A stretch of 64,000 nt of DNA from assembly GCA_965261595.1 (NCBI GenBank), contig CBDHDG010000004.1:224001-288000 (forward strand), written 5' to 3'. This DNA comes from a bacterium. GTDB taxonomy: Bacteria; UBA8248; JACPRG01; G963555815. A program made the position numbers and the translations under genes. Positions within the stretch are counted from its first letter, which is position 1. Every line of letters starts with the position of its first letter. The notes beneath the pieces are model-generated. The model had not been told where the DNA came from. It saw nothing but the letters and a program-made list of their open reading frames with translations, and did not search any database. Shown in pieces: positions 1 to 9,269 of this stretch.

Positions 1-323
1 TCCACCCGCCTCGTCTTCTTCAGGTAGGGCGGCAACAACTCCGAGCGGAAACAATGTCCCCCGCCGGACCTGTCCCGCGTCCGGGGAACACGGACACGGA
101 CCGGGCCGATTCCCGTCAAAACCTCCCGCGAAGGCAGGTAGCCGTTGCGAACGACCGATCGGCGTCCCCGACCGTCGCGCTCGGCCGCATGCTCCTCCAG
201 GAAGGCCTGCAACTCCGCTTCCACGGCTTGTCGAATGATTTGCCGTGCGCCGTGGCGCACCACTTCGCTGAGTTCGTCCCGAAAGGCTGGATTCGAAAAT
301 GTAACCGTCGTATCTTTCTCCAT
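1..323 (-). CDS. IS256 (Mutator) family transposase, N-terminal part
   Basis: Manual translation from ATG 323: MEKDTTVTFSNPAFRDELSEVVRHGARQIIRQAVEAELQAFLEEH...RNGYLPSREVLTGIGPVRVRVPRTRDR...FRSELLPPY. The RNGY/VPRxRD motifs are typical of IS256. Not in the ORF track because it runs off the edge. Confidence 0.88.
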   Translation of the reverse strand, partial: MEKDTTVTFSNPAFRDELSEVVRHGARQIIRQAVEAELQAFLEEHAAERDGRGRRSVVRNGYLPSREVLTGIGPVRVRVPRTRDRSGGGHCFRSELLPPYLKKTRRV

Positions 324-433
324 GGTGGCGCATCTCCTCTCTCGCTGAATAACCGGGCTCTTCACAACCCCATTTCAGCAGGAATGCGCCGCCTTCTTCA
401 ATTCACCCCATACACCAGATCTGAGCGTATCTC
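1..433 (-). mobile_element. Left part of an IS256-family insertion sequence, truncated by the window edge
   Basis: Contains the transposase N-terminus. The putative terminal sequence on the minus strand starts at 433 (GAGATACGCTCAGATCTGGTGTATGG). The other end lies outside the window, so the boundary is inferred. Confidence 0.7.
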
Positions 434-493
434 AGCCAGAAGCCTCGCATGGCGTTCCGATCTGATCACCCGCGGGCGAGCGCGACGCCGCGC

Positions 494-580
494 CCGATGA
501 AGTCAGCAAATGAACCGCTCTCAGACGGTTCAGGAAGGACAACGCATCATGCGTCCGGAAGCGATGACGAAACCGGTTGG
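494..580 (+). promoter_or_regulatory. Candidate structured 5' leader (riboswitch-like) of the antiporter gene
   Basis: Nested stems GTCA(502-505)/TGAC(565-568), TGAACCG(511-517)/CGGTTCA(526-532) and ACGCA(542-546)/TGCGT(550-554), about 50 nt upstream of the start codon. Confidence 0.4.
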
Positions 581-628
581 CCGCTTGACCGACGCAGCCC
601 AGTTGCTTTTGTTCGAGGAGCCGCTCCA

Positions 629-1975
629 ATGCAAAAGATAATCCTGTTCTCTTCCCTGCTGCTCCTCGGCCTTTTCAGCTCGCAGTTCCTTCCCGGGGCC
701 ATCGGGCCCGGGTACGAGTCGTTCTCCAGCGTGGTCAAGCTGCTGACCATGTTCGGGCTGTCTTTCATCATGATCCACGTCGGCTATGAGTTCGAGCTCG
801 ACAAATCGAACCTGAAGGCGTACGGCTGGGACTATGTGGTCGCGGCCACGGCCGCGGTATTTCCGTGGATCTTCTGCCTGCTCTATTTTGTCTTCGTCCT
901 CTCTCCCCCGGAGCTATGGGGCTCCTGGGCCTCGTGGACAGACATGATGCTGGCCTCCCGGTTCGCCGCCCCCACTTCGGCCGGCGTGCTTTTTTCGATG
1001 CTGGTCGCGGCGGGGCTCGGGGCGACGTGGGTGTTCCGAAAGGCCAGAATCCTGGCGATCTTCGACGACCTGGACACCGTTCTGTTGATGATCCCGCTAC
1101 AGATGATGATCGTGGGGCTCAAGTGGCAGTTGGGCGTCGTCATTATTCTCATGGCGGTGTTGTTGTGGCTGGCCTGGAAGCACTTGCACAAGCTGAACAT
1201 CCCGATCACCTGGGGCTGGGTGATGGGATATGCCGCCGGGATCACCTTGGTGGCCGAAGGACTTTATCTGGTGAGCAAGGTCATCGACAAATCCGTGGCG
1301 ATCCACATGGAGGTTCTGCTGCCCGCCTTTGTGCTCGGGTGCATGATCGCCAAGCATAAGCCCGCGCGCGCTTCCGAGGACCCCTCGGGGGATGAACACC
1401 ACACCTGCGTACTTGAGACGTACAGGGAAAAACGCGTCGCGACGGCCGTTTCGGCGGCGTTCATGGTGCTCGTCGGGCTGTCCCTGCCGTCCATCTTCGG
1501 CGTCACGGCCACCCCGGATCTCGTCGCTTCGGCCCATGCGGCCACCGAGCCCGTGGTTGCGGCCTCGGGCCATGTGGGAGACGCCGACGCCCCTTGGCCC
1601 GGCTGGAGCTGGATCTTCATGCACGTCATCATTATCACGCTGATTTCCAACTTGGGGAAGATGTTCCCCGTCCTGTGTTACCGGAAAGAAGTGTGCTTGA
1701 AGGAAAGGCTGGCGCTGTCGGTGGCCATGTTCCCCCGAGGCGAAGTCGGGGCCGGCGTGCTGATCATCTCCCTTTCCTACGGAATCGGAGGGCCCATCAT
1801 CACCGTGGCGATGTTCTCCCTGGCCCTGAACCTCCTGTGCACGGGCTTTTTCATTGCAATCGTCAAGAACCTCCTCACACCCGCCCGCCAAGAAGGCATT
1901 GGCCAGATGGAGATGGACCTGGGCGCCTGCGCACCGCCGGAAATGGTCGGTGTCGTTTCCCGGCCCACGCCCTGA
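629..1975 (+). CDS. Cation (Na+)/H+ antiporter family membrane protein
   Basis: GAGGAG RBS before ATG 629. Many TM helices. Motifs APTSAG, LAIFDDLD and AMFPRGEVG of the Na_H_Exchanger fold. Confidence 0.8.
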   Translation: MQKIILFSSLLLLGLFSSQFLPGAIGPGYESFSSVVKLLTMFGLSFIMIHVGYEFELDKSNLKAYGWDYVVAATAAVFPWIFCLLYFVFVLSPPELWGSWASWTDMMLASRFAAPTSAGVLFSMLVAAGLGATWVFRKARILAIFDDLDTVLLMIPLQMMIVGLKWQLGVVIILMAVLLWLAWKHLHKLNIPITWGWVMGYAAGITLVAEGLYLVSKVIDKSVAIHMEVLLPAFVLGCMIAKHKPARASEDPSGDEHHTCVLETYREKRVATAVSAAFMVLVGLSLPSIFGVTATPDLVASAHAATEPVVAASGHVGDADAPWPGWSWIFMHVIIITLISNLGKMFPVLCYRKEVCLKERLALSVAMFPRGEVGAGVLIISLSYGIGGPIITVAMFSLALNLLCTGFFIAIVKNLLTPARQEGIGQMEMDLGACAPPEMVGVVSRPTP

Positions 1976-2147
1976 CGGGCCGCCGGGCTTCTTTGATGCT
2001 GATGCCCAGGGATGCGGATTGACGAATATCGGCCCGGGGATCCGGCGCTGTTGAGACCCGGACCGCCGACATCACGGGCGCGGGTTCTCGCGGGGAGATC
2101 GAGGCCCTTCACCCGTTTTGAATTTTCCGGAAATGGAAAATCGCGGA

Positions 2148-3176
2148 CTATGCCGGGACGCGAAGGAGGTTCTTCGCGATCAAGACCTCGGCGATCTGGA
2201 TACTGTTGAGGGCGGCGCCTTTCCGGAGGTTGTCCGAGACAACCCACATGTTCAGGCCGTTCTCGACGCTTGGGTCCTCCCGCACACGGCCCACGTACAC
2301 CTCATCCTTCCCCGCAATGTCCCGGGCGAGCGGATAGACGTTATGCTTTGGCGAGTCGTGGACGATCACCCCCTCGGCCACCGATAACAAGGCGCGCGCC
2401 TCGTTCGCCGTAATCGGCCCCTCGGTCTCGACGTTGACTGATTGCGAGTGGCAGTGAAAGACGGGCACCCGGACCGTGGTCGCCGTGATCGCCAGATCGG
2501 GCGACCCCAGGATCTTCCGGGTTTCGTTGATCATCTTCGTTTCTTCTCCCGTATAACCGTCTTCGCCGAAATCAGCGATGTGGGGGAGGCAGTTGAAGGC
2601 GATCTCGTGAGGATAGACGGACGGCGCCGTCTCCTGGAAATTCAAGAGCGCCCGGACCTGTTCCTCCAACTCGGCGATGGCCTTCTTCCCGGTTCCGGAA
2701 ACCGCTTGATACGTCGAGACCACCACCCTGCGAATCCCGACAGCGTCCAGGATGGGTTTCAGGGCGACGACCATCTGCATGGTCGAGCAGTTTGGATTGG
2801 CGATGACGCCCTTGTGCGACTCCAGCGCCTCGGGATTCACTTCCGTGACGACCAGGGGAACCTCCGGGTCCATTCGAAACGCGCTGGTGTTGTCCACAAC
2901 GACCGCCCCGGCCTCGACCGCCCGCGGGACAAACTCGAGACTGCGCGCCTCGCCCGCCGAGAAGAGCGCCAGATCGACGCCCTCGAAGCCGTCGCCACCC
3001 AGCAATTCAACCTGGTAATCCCTCCCGTTGAACTCCAACACCTCGCCGACGCTACGCTCCGAAGCGAAGAGCCGCAGGCTCGCCAAGGGAAATTTGCGCT
3101 CTTGCAGGATGGAGAGCATCTCGTTCCCAACGGCACCTGTGGCCCCGGCCACAGCGACATTCCATCGATCCGGCAT
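2148..3176 (-). CDS. asd: Aspartate-semialdehyde dehydrogenase
   Basis: GATGAVG, ANPNCST, STYQAVSGTG, DNLRKGAA. Confidence 0.97.
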   Translation of the reverse strand: MPDRWNVAVAGATGAVGNEMLSILQERKFPLASLRLFASERSVGEVLEFNGRDYQVELLGGDGFEGVDLALFSAGEARSLEFVPRAVEAGAVVVDNTSAFRMDPEVPLVVTEVNPEALESHKGVIANPNCSTMQMVVALKPILDAVGIRRVVVSTYQAVSGTGKKAIAELEEQVRALLNFQETAPSVYPHEIAFNCLPHIADFGEDGYTGEETKMINETRKILGSPDLAITATTVRVPVFHCHSQSVNVETEGPITANEARALLSVAEGVIVHDSPKHNVYPLARDIAGKDEVYVGRVREDPSVENGLNMWVVSDNLRKGAALNSIQIAEVLIAKNLLRVPA

Positions 3177-3177
3177 T

Positions 3178-4293
3178 TCAGCCCGCCTCCATCGCCTCAG
3201 CGATACGCCCGCTCATGGCCTTCGTCCCCACCACCGCCTCCCCCTCGGAAGCGATGTCCCCCGTCCGCACCCCGGATTCGAGGACCTTCGCCACCGCGGC
3301 TTCGATGGCCCGGCCCGCCCCGGCCTCGCCGAGACCGTACTCCAACATCATCGCGGCGGACAAGACCATGGCGATCGGATTCGCCATGTCCCGGCCGGCG
3401 ATCTCCGGCGCCGTTCCATGGACGGGCTCGAACAGCCCGAGCGGCCCCTTTCCCGCCGGTCCGCCCTTCGCCGGGTCGCCCAAGCTGGCCGAGGGCAGCA
3501 TCCCGATAGAGCCCGTGAGCATCGCCGCTTCATCGCTGAGGATATCCCCGAAGAGATTGCCGGTCACGATGACGTCGAATTGCTTGGGCTGCCGGATCAA
3601 CTGCATCGCGCAGTTGTCGACGAGCATATGCTCCAGCTCGACGTCGGGGTGCTCGGACGCGATCTCCTCCACAACCTCCCGCCACAACCGGCTCACCGCC
3701 AGGACATTGAACTTATCGACGGAGGTGAGCTTCTTTCTCCGTTTTCGGGCCAACTCGAAACCCAGGCGGACGATCCGCTCGATCTCGGGGGCCGTGTAAA
3801 CCATCGTATTGACGCCCGCCCGTCCGTCCCCCTCTCCCGTCACGCCTTGCGGGTCGCCGAAATAGACGCCCCCCGTCAGCTCGCGCACGACGAGCAGATC
3901 GAGCCCCTTGACAATCTCTCCGCGAAGCGAGGAGGCCGAGGCCAGGGCGTCGTAGAGCCGCGCCGGCCTCAAATTGCCGAACAACTCCAGCTCCTTGCGC
4001 AGGGGCAGCAACGCGCCCCGCTCCGGGCGCAATTCCGGCACCAGGCCATCCCATTTCGGACCCCCGACGGCGCCGAGAAGAATCCCGTCGGAAGCCTTGC
4101 AGAGCGCCAGGGTCTCCGGGGGCAGGGGGTGTCCTGTTTCGTCAATCGCACAGCCGCCGATAAGGGCCTCATTCAGCTCCAGCGACAGGCCGTACAGTCC
4201 GGCGGCGGTGTCGATCACCGCACGGGCGCCCGCCATCACTTCCGGTCCGATTCCGTCGCCGGGGAGGAGCGCGATTTTCAAGGTGTCCGCCAT
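3178..4293 (-). CDS. leuB: 3-isopropylmalate dehydrogenase
   Basis: [52 protein letters not shown]. Confidence 0.96.
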   Translation of the reverse strand: MADTLKIALLPGDGIGPEVMAGARAVIDTAAGLYGLSLELNEALIGGCAIDETGHPLPPETLALCKASDGILLGAVGGPKWDGLVPELRPERGALLPLRKELELFGNLRPARLYDALASASSLRGEIVKGLDLLVVRELTGGVYFGDPQGVTGEGDGRAGVNTMVYTAPEIERIVRLGFELARKRRKKLTSVDKFNVLAVSRLWREVVEEIASEHPDVELEHMLVDNCAMQLIRQPKQFDVIVTGNLFGDILSDEAAMLTGSIGMLPSASLGDPAKGGPAGKGPLGLFEPVHGTAPEIAGRDMANPIAMVLSAAMMLEYGLGEAGAGRAIEAAVAKVLESGVRTGDIASEGEAVVGTKAMSGRIAEAMEAG

Positions 4294-4501
4294 GACGGCT
4301 CACTCCAATCCAGAAGTTCCCTCGGTCCCATCCGAAAATCCCCGCCGGTTGAAACCTTCACCGCCGCGGATGGGGTTTTTCATCTTCAGAACCCGAAATA
4401 TAGCCAAGATGGACGCGGCTTTCAAGGAAATCAGCCGGATACGGGGCCAAACGGGGCCATCGGCGAGCGGGGCGCGGCCTGGAAGCATTTGTTAATGTTT
4501 G

Positions 4502-4519
4502 TTGACAGACTTGAGTCAA
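4502..4519. promoter_or_regulatory. Inverted repeat TTGAC-N8-GTCAA overlapping a TTGACA -35-like hexamer in the divergent leuB/receiver-gene spacer
   Basis: TTGACAGACTTGAGTCAA in an AT-rich intergenic stretch. Confidence 0.35.
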
Positions 4520-4624
4520 TGTAAGAGATTCAACAAGAAGGAGATTGTATCTGGTTCGGCATCGCCGAGGCGGCGTGGCTTCATCCTCAAACCAAAGGCC
4601 GCCGACTACGCGGGCGAGAGGACG

Positions 4625-5688
4625 ATGAATCGAAGGTCAAGCACCTCCTCCCAGGGACGTAAACCGCTCATCCTGATCATCGGCGAGGTGTCCCAATCCC
4701 CGCTCAATCAGGCCCTGTCCAAGCACGGCTATCAGACCGCTCACGAAACGGACCCGGCCCGGGGGCTCAAGAGCGCCGAGCGCCATTGGCCGGACCTCAT
4801 CCTTCTGAACCTCCGGTCATCGGACGCGGCGGGTTGCGAATTTCTCCAGAATGTCCGGAACCTTCCGCACCTCAATCACCTGCCGGTCGTCCTCATCCTG
4901 AACGACGAGACGCCCGAGAGCCGGATGAACGCCCTGGAAATCGGCGCGGACGATTGCATCTCGCGTCCCTACGACGCGGACGAGCTCTTGTGCCGCATCG
5001 ACGCCGTTCTGCGCCGAACCCTTCAACAGATGACCCACCGCAGGATACAAACCGGCGTGGTCACCTATCTGGCCAACCATTATCAGCCAAAGGCTACGAG
5101 GTCTTTTCCCCCTGTCTGGCGGAGACCCCCGCCGTTCCGGGAAATTGGAAAGGGCCGTCGCCGGACCTGACGGTCGTCCGCAATGGCCGGACAATCGCGG
5201 TCGCCGCCGAATCCATCCAGTCGCTCCTGCGTGAAGACACCCCCGACCGCTGGATCGCCTTTCTGGCAAACGACATGGAAGGGCTTCGGATTGTGGTTCG
5301 CGACCGGGAGAGCGAGCGCGCCGCCAACCGGATCCGAAAGGCGCTGAAGCTTCCCGTTCAAGTCAACCGGGTTCGCCACCGCTCCGAGAACCAGGAAACT
5401 CCGAAGATCCGCTCCCTCCGGTTAAAGAAGAACCAACGGCGCGCCATCGCGATCGGAGGGGTCGTCATTTTCTTGGGGGTCGGCCTCGGAATCACCCGCC
5501 CGGCCTCCCGCCTGCTGACGCTGGGGAGCAACGCCATCTTGTGGTTTGTGCTTCAAGCCAAGCACTACCAGCCCAAAGACATTGAACGCCAACTGATGAA
5601 AGCAGCCGCGGCCAAAGGCCAATCAAAATTGCGGAAACGCGGAGGCGGAGCGTATCGACGCGCGAAAGCCAGACGGGGGAGAAGGTGA
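4625..5688 (+). CDS. Atypical receiver-domain protein with C-terminal domain and TM helix, split by a frameshift near 5085
   Basis: Receiver fold (PDLILLN, LPVVLI, GADDCISRPY) in ORF 4499..5170 continues as AKGYEVFSP...PDLTVVRNG...AIAIGGVVIFLGVGLG in ORF 4786..5688. Confidence 0.65.
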
Positions 5689-5737
5689 TCATCGGCAGAC
5701 CGGCCTTCTCCACCCCATTCCCGCTCCCGCGCGGGGC

Positions 5738-7545
5738 CTAACGGTCCGCATTCGGCATCTCGGGAAGGGCTCCCCGGGGCCCCTCGACCCGATAAAGCCT
5801 CACCCTCTCCGTTGAATCCGCCAGACGCCGAAGATTCCGATCCAGAAACGCCTCGACGGCTCGAAGGTTTTTCGCCCCCCGTTGGCCGTCCGGTTTGGCC
5901 CAGGCCGGGGCGTCCCGGTGCAGAACCACGTACCGAATCCCGACCTTCGACAATCCTTCCGTGGACATGACGGGCGCGGGCCCCGCCAAGCGTTCGGGCT
6001 TGCTCAACAGCCGCAGAAACGGCTCCTGTTCGATGAACCGCAACGCCGATCTATTGACGTGCGATATCGTCCCCCCCGTGATGGGACGGCCGTGGTGGAT
6101 CTGGGCGAACATGTAGCCCTCCCCTTCCGTCCAACCCCGAACGGGAACTTCGAGTATGGCGAACCGGCCCTCATCGCGCGCGATCTTTCGGTAAACGGAA
6201 GAAACCCTCACCTCCCGGACCGGCAACGGCGCCGCCCAAAACTCAAAGAGAATCAGGAACGACGCGAGACCCGCCGCCGACCATTTCACCCTCCGGCTCC
6301 GTTCCCTCACGAGCTCGCGCAGGCCCAGGCCGACCAGGACCGCCAGACAGAGGAGCGCGACCGAGACAAACCGGCCGGGGTCGCGCGCGGCGTTCAGTAG
6401 CGGAACCTTCTGAACGAATCAGTTGTAGGGAAGCCGCGTGAAATCCAGCCGCTCGCTTCCCCCGACTTGAAGATCCGGCCCCAGCGCCAGGAGACAAAAG
6501 GCGATCGCCGCCGCCGCCCAGAACATCGCCCCCTTTCGCCAGGCCCGCACGGCTCCCGCCGCGGCCAGGATCAAGCCGACATACCCGAGGGCGACCGTCC
6601 CTTCCTCCAGGCTGGCCGAAAAGGCGCCGTACAAGGATTGAAGGGCGCTCCATCCGCGCGTCCACGGATGGAAGGGAGACGGAAGAAAAAACGCCAGAAG
6701 GTCCGCGGACGCGCTCTTGGCCCCCCCGCTCAGCTTTCCGAAATCCCCGCTGAACGCGGCCTGAATCATCGGCGCCGCAAAAGGCGATAGCAGAAGGGCG
6801 GCCATCGACCCGGCGACGCAAAGCGCCGCGATCTGTGGACCTTTCCGCATGGGCTTGTCGCCCTCGACCGCGAACCAGATCGAGAAAAACAATGTGAAGT
6901 AGAGGGCGAAGACCCCGTAATGCCAGGAAGACAGGGCCAGCAAGGTGAAAACAACGCCCGCCAAAACGCCCCGCGCGCCCGATGGACGGTCCCGCAATCT
7001 CAACAACGCCAGGACATAAAACGGCAAAAACTGAACGGATGTTACGGTCAAATGCTGAACATGCGAAAAGTGGAAAGGAGAAAACGCCAGGATCAGCCCG
7101 GCGGCGAGACTGGACGGCAAGTCTCCCCCGGTGACCCGAAGCGTCAGTCTGTAAGTGCCGTACGCGGTTAATGGAAACGTCGACAGATACGCGAGGTTGT
7201 ACGTCCCCACCCATCCCAGAAATCGCTGGAGGGGGACCCCGAGAATGAGCGTGTTGTAGAAAGAGAGGGTGTGGAACGCGAGATTCGCCCCCTCGGGATA
7301 AAAAGCATCGGGGTGAAAAACGGACTCGTCCCATCATCCAAAACGGCCTTCTTGACCCACCAGAAATTCCAGAGCGATTGAAAATCATCCTGCCCGTATC
7401 CGGGGATTGCCGAAAAGAACCCCCAAGCCACGGGATACGTCGCCAGAATCGCGATGAGCCCGTACCCGGCTAAAATGACGGCCTCGCGCAGCCAAACCGC
7501 ACGGTTTCTTCGGCTTGCGATCCCGGTCACAGCGGCGGAATGCAT
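5738..7545 (-). pseudogene. GT-C/YfhO-like polytopic membrane glycosyltransferase, disrupted
   Basis: Pieces join into one protein: N-terminus with GQDDFQSLWNFWW, frameshift in a T-run near 7300 (PMLF-YPEG), in-frame TGA at 6419-6421 (LPYN*FVQK), then ARDPGRF and the C-terminal domain to 5738. Confidence 0.7.
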
Positions 7546-7632
7546 CGCACCTGATTCATCCGGGTTCCTCACCCACGGATCGACGCAAGGGGGGAGGGGG
7601 GGCGTGCGGAACCCCGCAAGGAAGGTCAAGCG

Positions 7633-7656
7633 GGGCGGGCAGGATGCCCGCCCTAC
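7633..7656 (-). repeat. GTAG-type REP-like palindrome
   Basis: GTAGGGCGGGCATCCTGCCCGCCC on the minus strand. Confidence 0.6.
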
Positions 7657-7758
7657 CGGTGGACGGTGGATCCCACCCACGGGTAGGCCGGGCGTGGGTC
7701 GGTGGACCCGGGGGTCGGTGGACCCCCCAGCCCGGCTGAATACCGTGAAAAAACACCG

Positions 7759-7783
7759 TTGATTCATTCAATGAATGAATCAA
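7759..7783. promoter_or_regulatory. Perfect 12-bp inverted repeat with 1-nt spacer, candidate operator
   Basis: TTGATTCATTCA-A-TGAATGAATCAA. Confidence 0.5.
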
Positions 7784-7798
7784 TCAGGACACCGGATT

Positions 7799-9217
7799 TT
7801 ACTGTTCGACCCCCACCTTCCCTGAAGGCACATAATCCTCTATCCGGATGTCTTCCACCCCCGGGATCTCCAGGCGGTCCGGGTAGTCGTAGGGCAGGCC
7901 CATGGGGATTGTAGCGTCGATTCCCATCTTCGTGACCATCCCGTCTCTGGCCAATCGCGTGATCGTATACGTCGTCGGATCGAGCCGGTTCCCCCGCGCG
8001 CCCGGGATCATCACAATGTCCCGGTCGGCCACGACACGGGTGGCGATCGCCCAGTTCACGTCGCTCTCGTTGTTGATGTCGATGTCCGGGTCCACGACGA
8101 CGACGAATTTCAAGTAGGGACTCATGGAAAGGGCCGCGAGGATCACGTTCTTGGCATCGCCCTCGTTGACTTTTTCCAATGAGATATAGGCCACATACCG
8201 GACGCCGGAATTCGGCAAGGCGACTCCCCGCACGGTCGGAACAACCTTTTTCAGCTCGGACAGGAGAAAACCCTCGCTCAGCGGGGTCTGGATATAGAGG
8301 TGCTCCACGACGATCCCGACGTTCTGGTACATGGCGTCCCGGCGGTGCGTGACGGCCTTCACATGAATCTCCGGGGCGTCCACGATTTGGCCGTAATACT
8401 GATGGAACTCCCCGAAGGGGCCTTCGGTCTGTCTCACGTTGGGCAGGATTTCCCCCTCGATGACGATCTCCGCCTCCGCCGGGACCTCGAGGGGGATGGT
8501 CTTGCAGGGGACAAGCTCGACGGGCTCGCCGAGCAGTCCGCCCACGACGGCGTACTCATCCTCCCCCATGGTGTCCGAGACGGGGCTTACGCCCCCGATG
8601 TGCAGGGCCGGGTGCATCCCCAGGATGATCGCGACGGGCAGGGCCTCTCCCTTCTCCTCGCAGTGGTGATGGGCGTATTGAAGGTGCTTGCCCCAGCTGT
8701 AGTAAATCCCCAGGCGATTCTTGCCGAGGAGCTTATGGCGGAAGATCCCCAGGTCCCGATGTCCCGTGTCCGGATCGACGGAAACAGTCACCCCAATTGT
8801 GATATAGGGGGCGTCGTCCTTGGCGCTGTGGGTGATGATGGGGAATTTCGTCAGGTCCACGTCATCGCCCTTGACGACCACTTCGTGGACGGGCGCGTCG
8901 GCGGCCTGTTCAGGGGACAGGGTGAAGGGCGGGATCTTCTCCCCCATCCGGTCGGCGATGGCCTCGGAAAGCCCCTCCACCGGCAGGTTCAGCGCCAGGG
9001 CGTACTTCTTCCTGTCCGCCAGAACGTTGGAGATGACGGGATGCTCGGAGCCGCGGACGTTCTCGAAGAGAACGGCGTTGCCCCGGCCGTCCAGGTCCAG
9101 CCGCCGGATGAACGCCGGGATTTCATACTCGGTGGACACCTCGCGCTCGACCCTCAACAGGTCGCCGGGATACCGCTCCTCGAGCTCGGCGAGGAAGGTC
9201 CGCAAATTCTGCCCCAT
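7799..9217 (-). CDS. UbiD-family (prFMN-dependent) decarboxylase, copy 1
   Basis: LGIFRH, AEIVIEG, EGPFGEF, WAIATR, KMGIDAT. Confidence 0.93.
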   Translation of the reverse strand: MGQNLRTFLAELEERYPGDLLRVEREVSTEYEIPAFIRRLDLDGRGNAVLFENVRGSEHPVISNVLADRKKYALALNLPVEGLSEAIADRMGEKIPPFTLSPEQAADAPVHEVVVKGDDVDLTKFPIITHSAKDDAPYITIGVTVSVDPDTGHRDLGIFRHKLLGKNRLGIYYSWGKHLQYAHHHCEEKGEALPVAIILGMHPALHIGGVSPVSDTMGEDEYAVVGGLLGEPVELVPCKTIPLEVPAEAEIVIEGEILPNVRQTEGPFGEFHQYYGQIVDAPEIHVKAVTHRRDAMYQNVGIVVEHLYIQTPLSEGFLLSELKKVVPTVRGVALPNSGVRYVAYISLEKVNEGDAKNVILAALSMSPYLKFVVVVDPDIDINNESDVNWAIATRVVADRDIVMIPGARGNRLDPTTYTITRLARDGMVTKMGIDATIPMGLPYDYPDRLEIPGVEDIRIEDYVPSGKVGVEQ

Positions 9218-9269
9218 GGCTCCAGCCCTTTCGGTCCAAGAGATTCACAACCCATCCGGGAGCGGTCTT

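Noticed and set aside
494..585. Hammerhead ribozyme (CCGATGA...GAAAC)
   Set aside because: The core is CCGAUGA rather than CUGANGA and stem I does not pair convincingly. Kept only as a candidate leader RNA.
4294..4500. Leucine attenuator upstream of leuB
   Set aside because: No short Leu-rich leader peptide or T-box motif is visible
6419..6421. TGA as selenocysteine or a recoded Trp codon
   Set aside because: The context fits Trp rather than Cys/Sec, and TGA is used as a normal stop by many genes in the window
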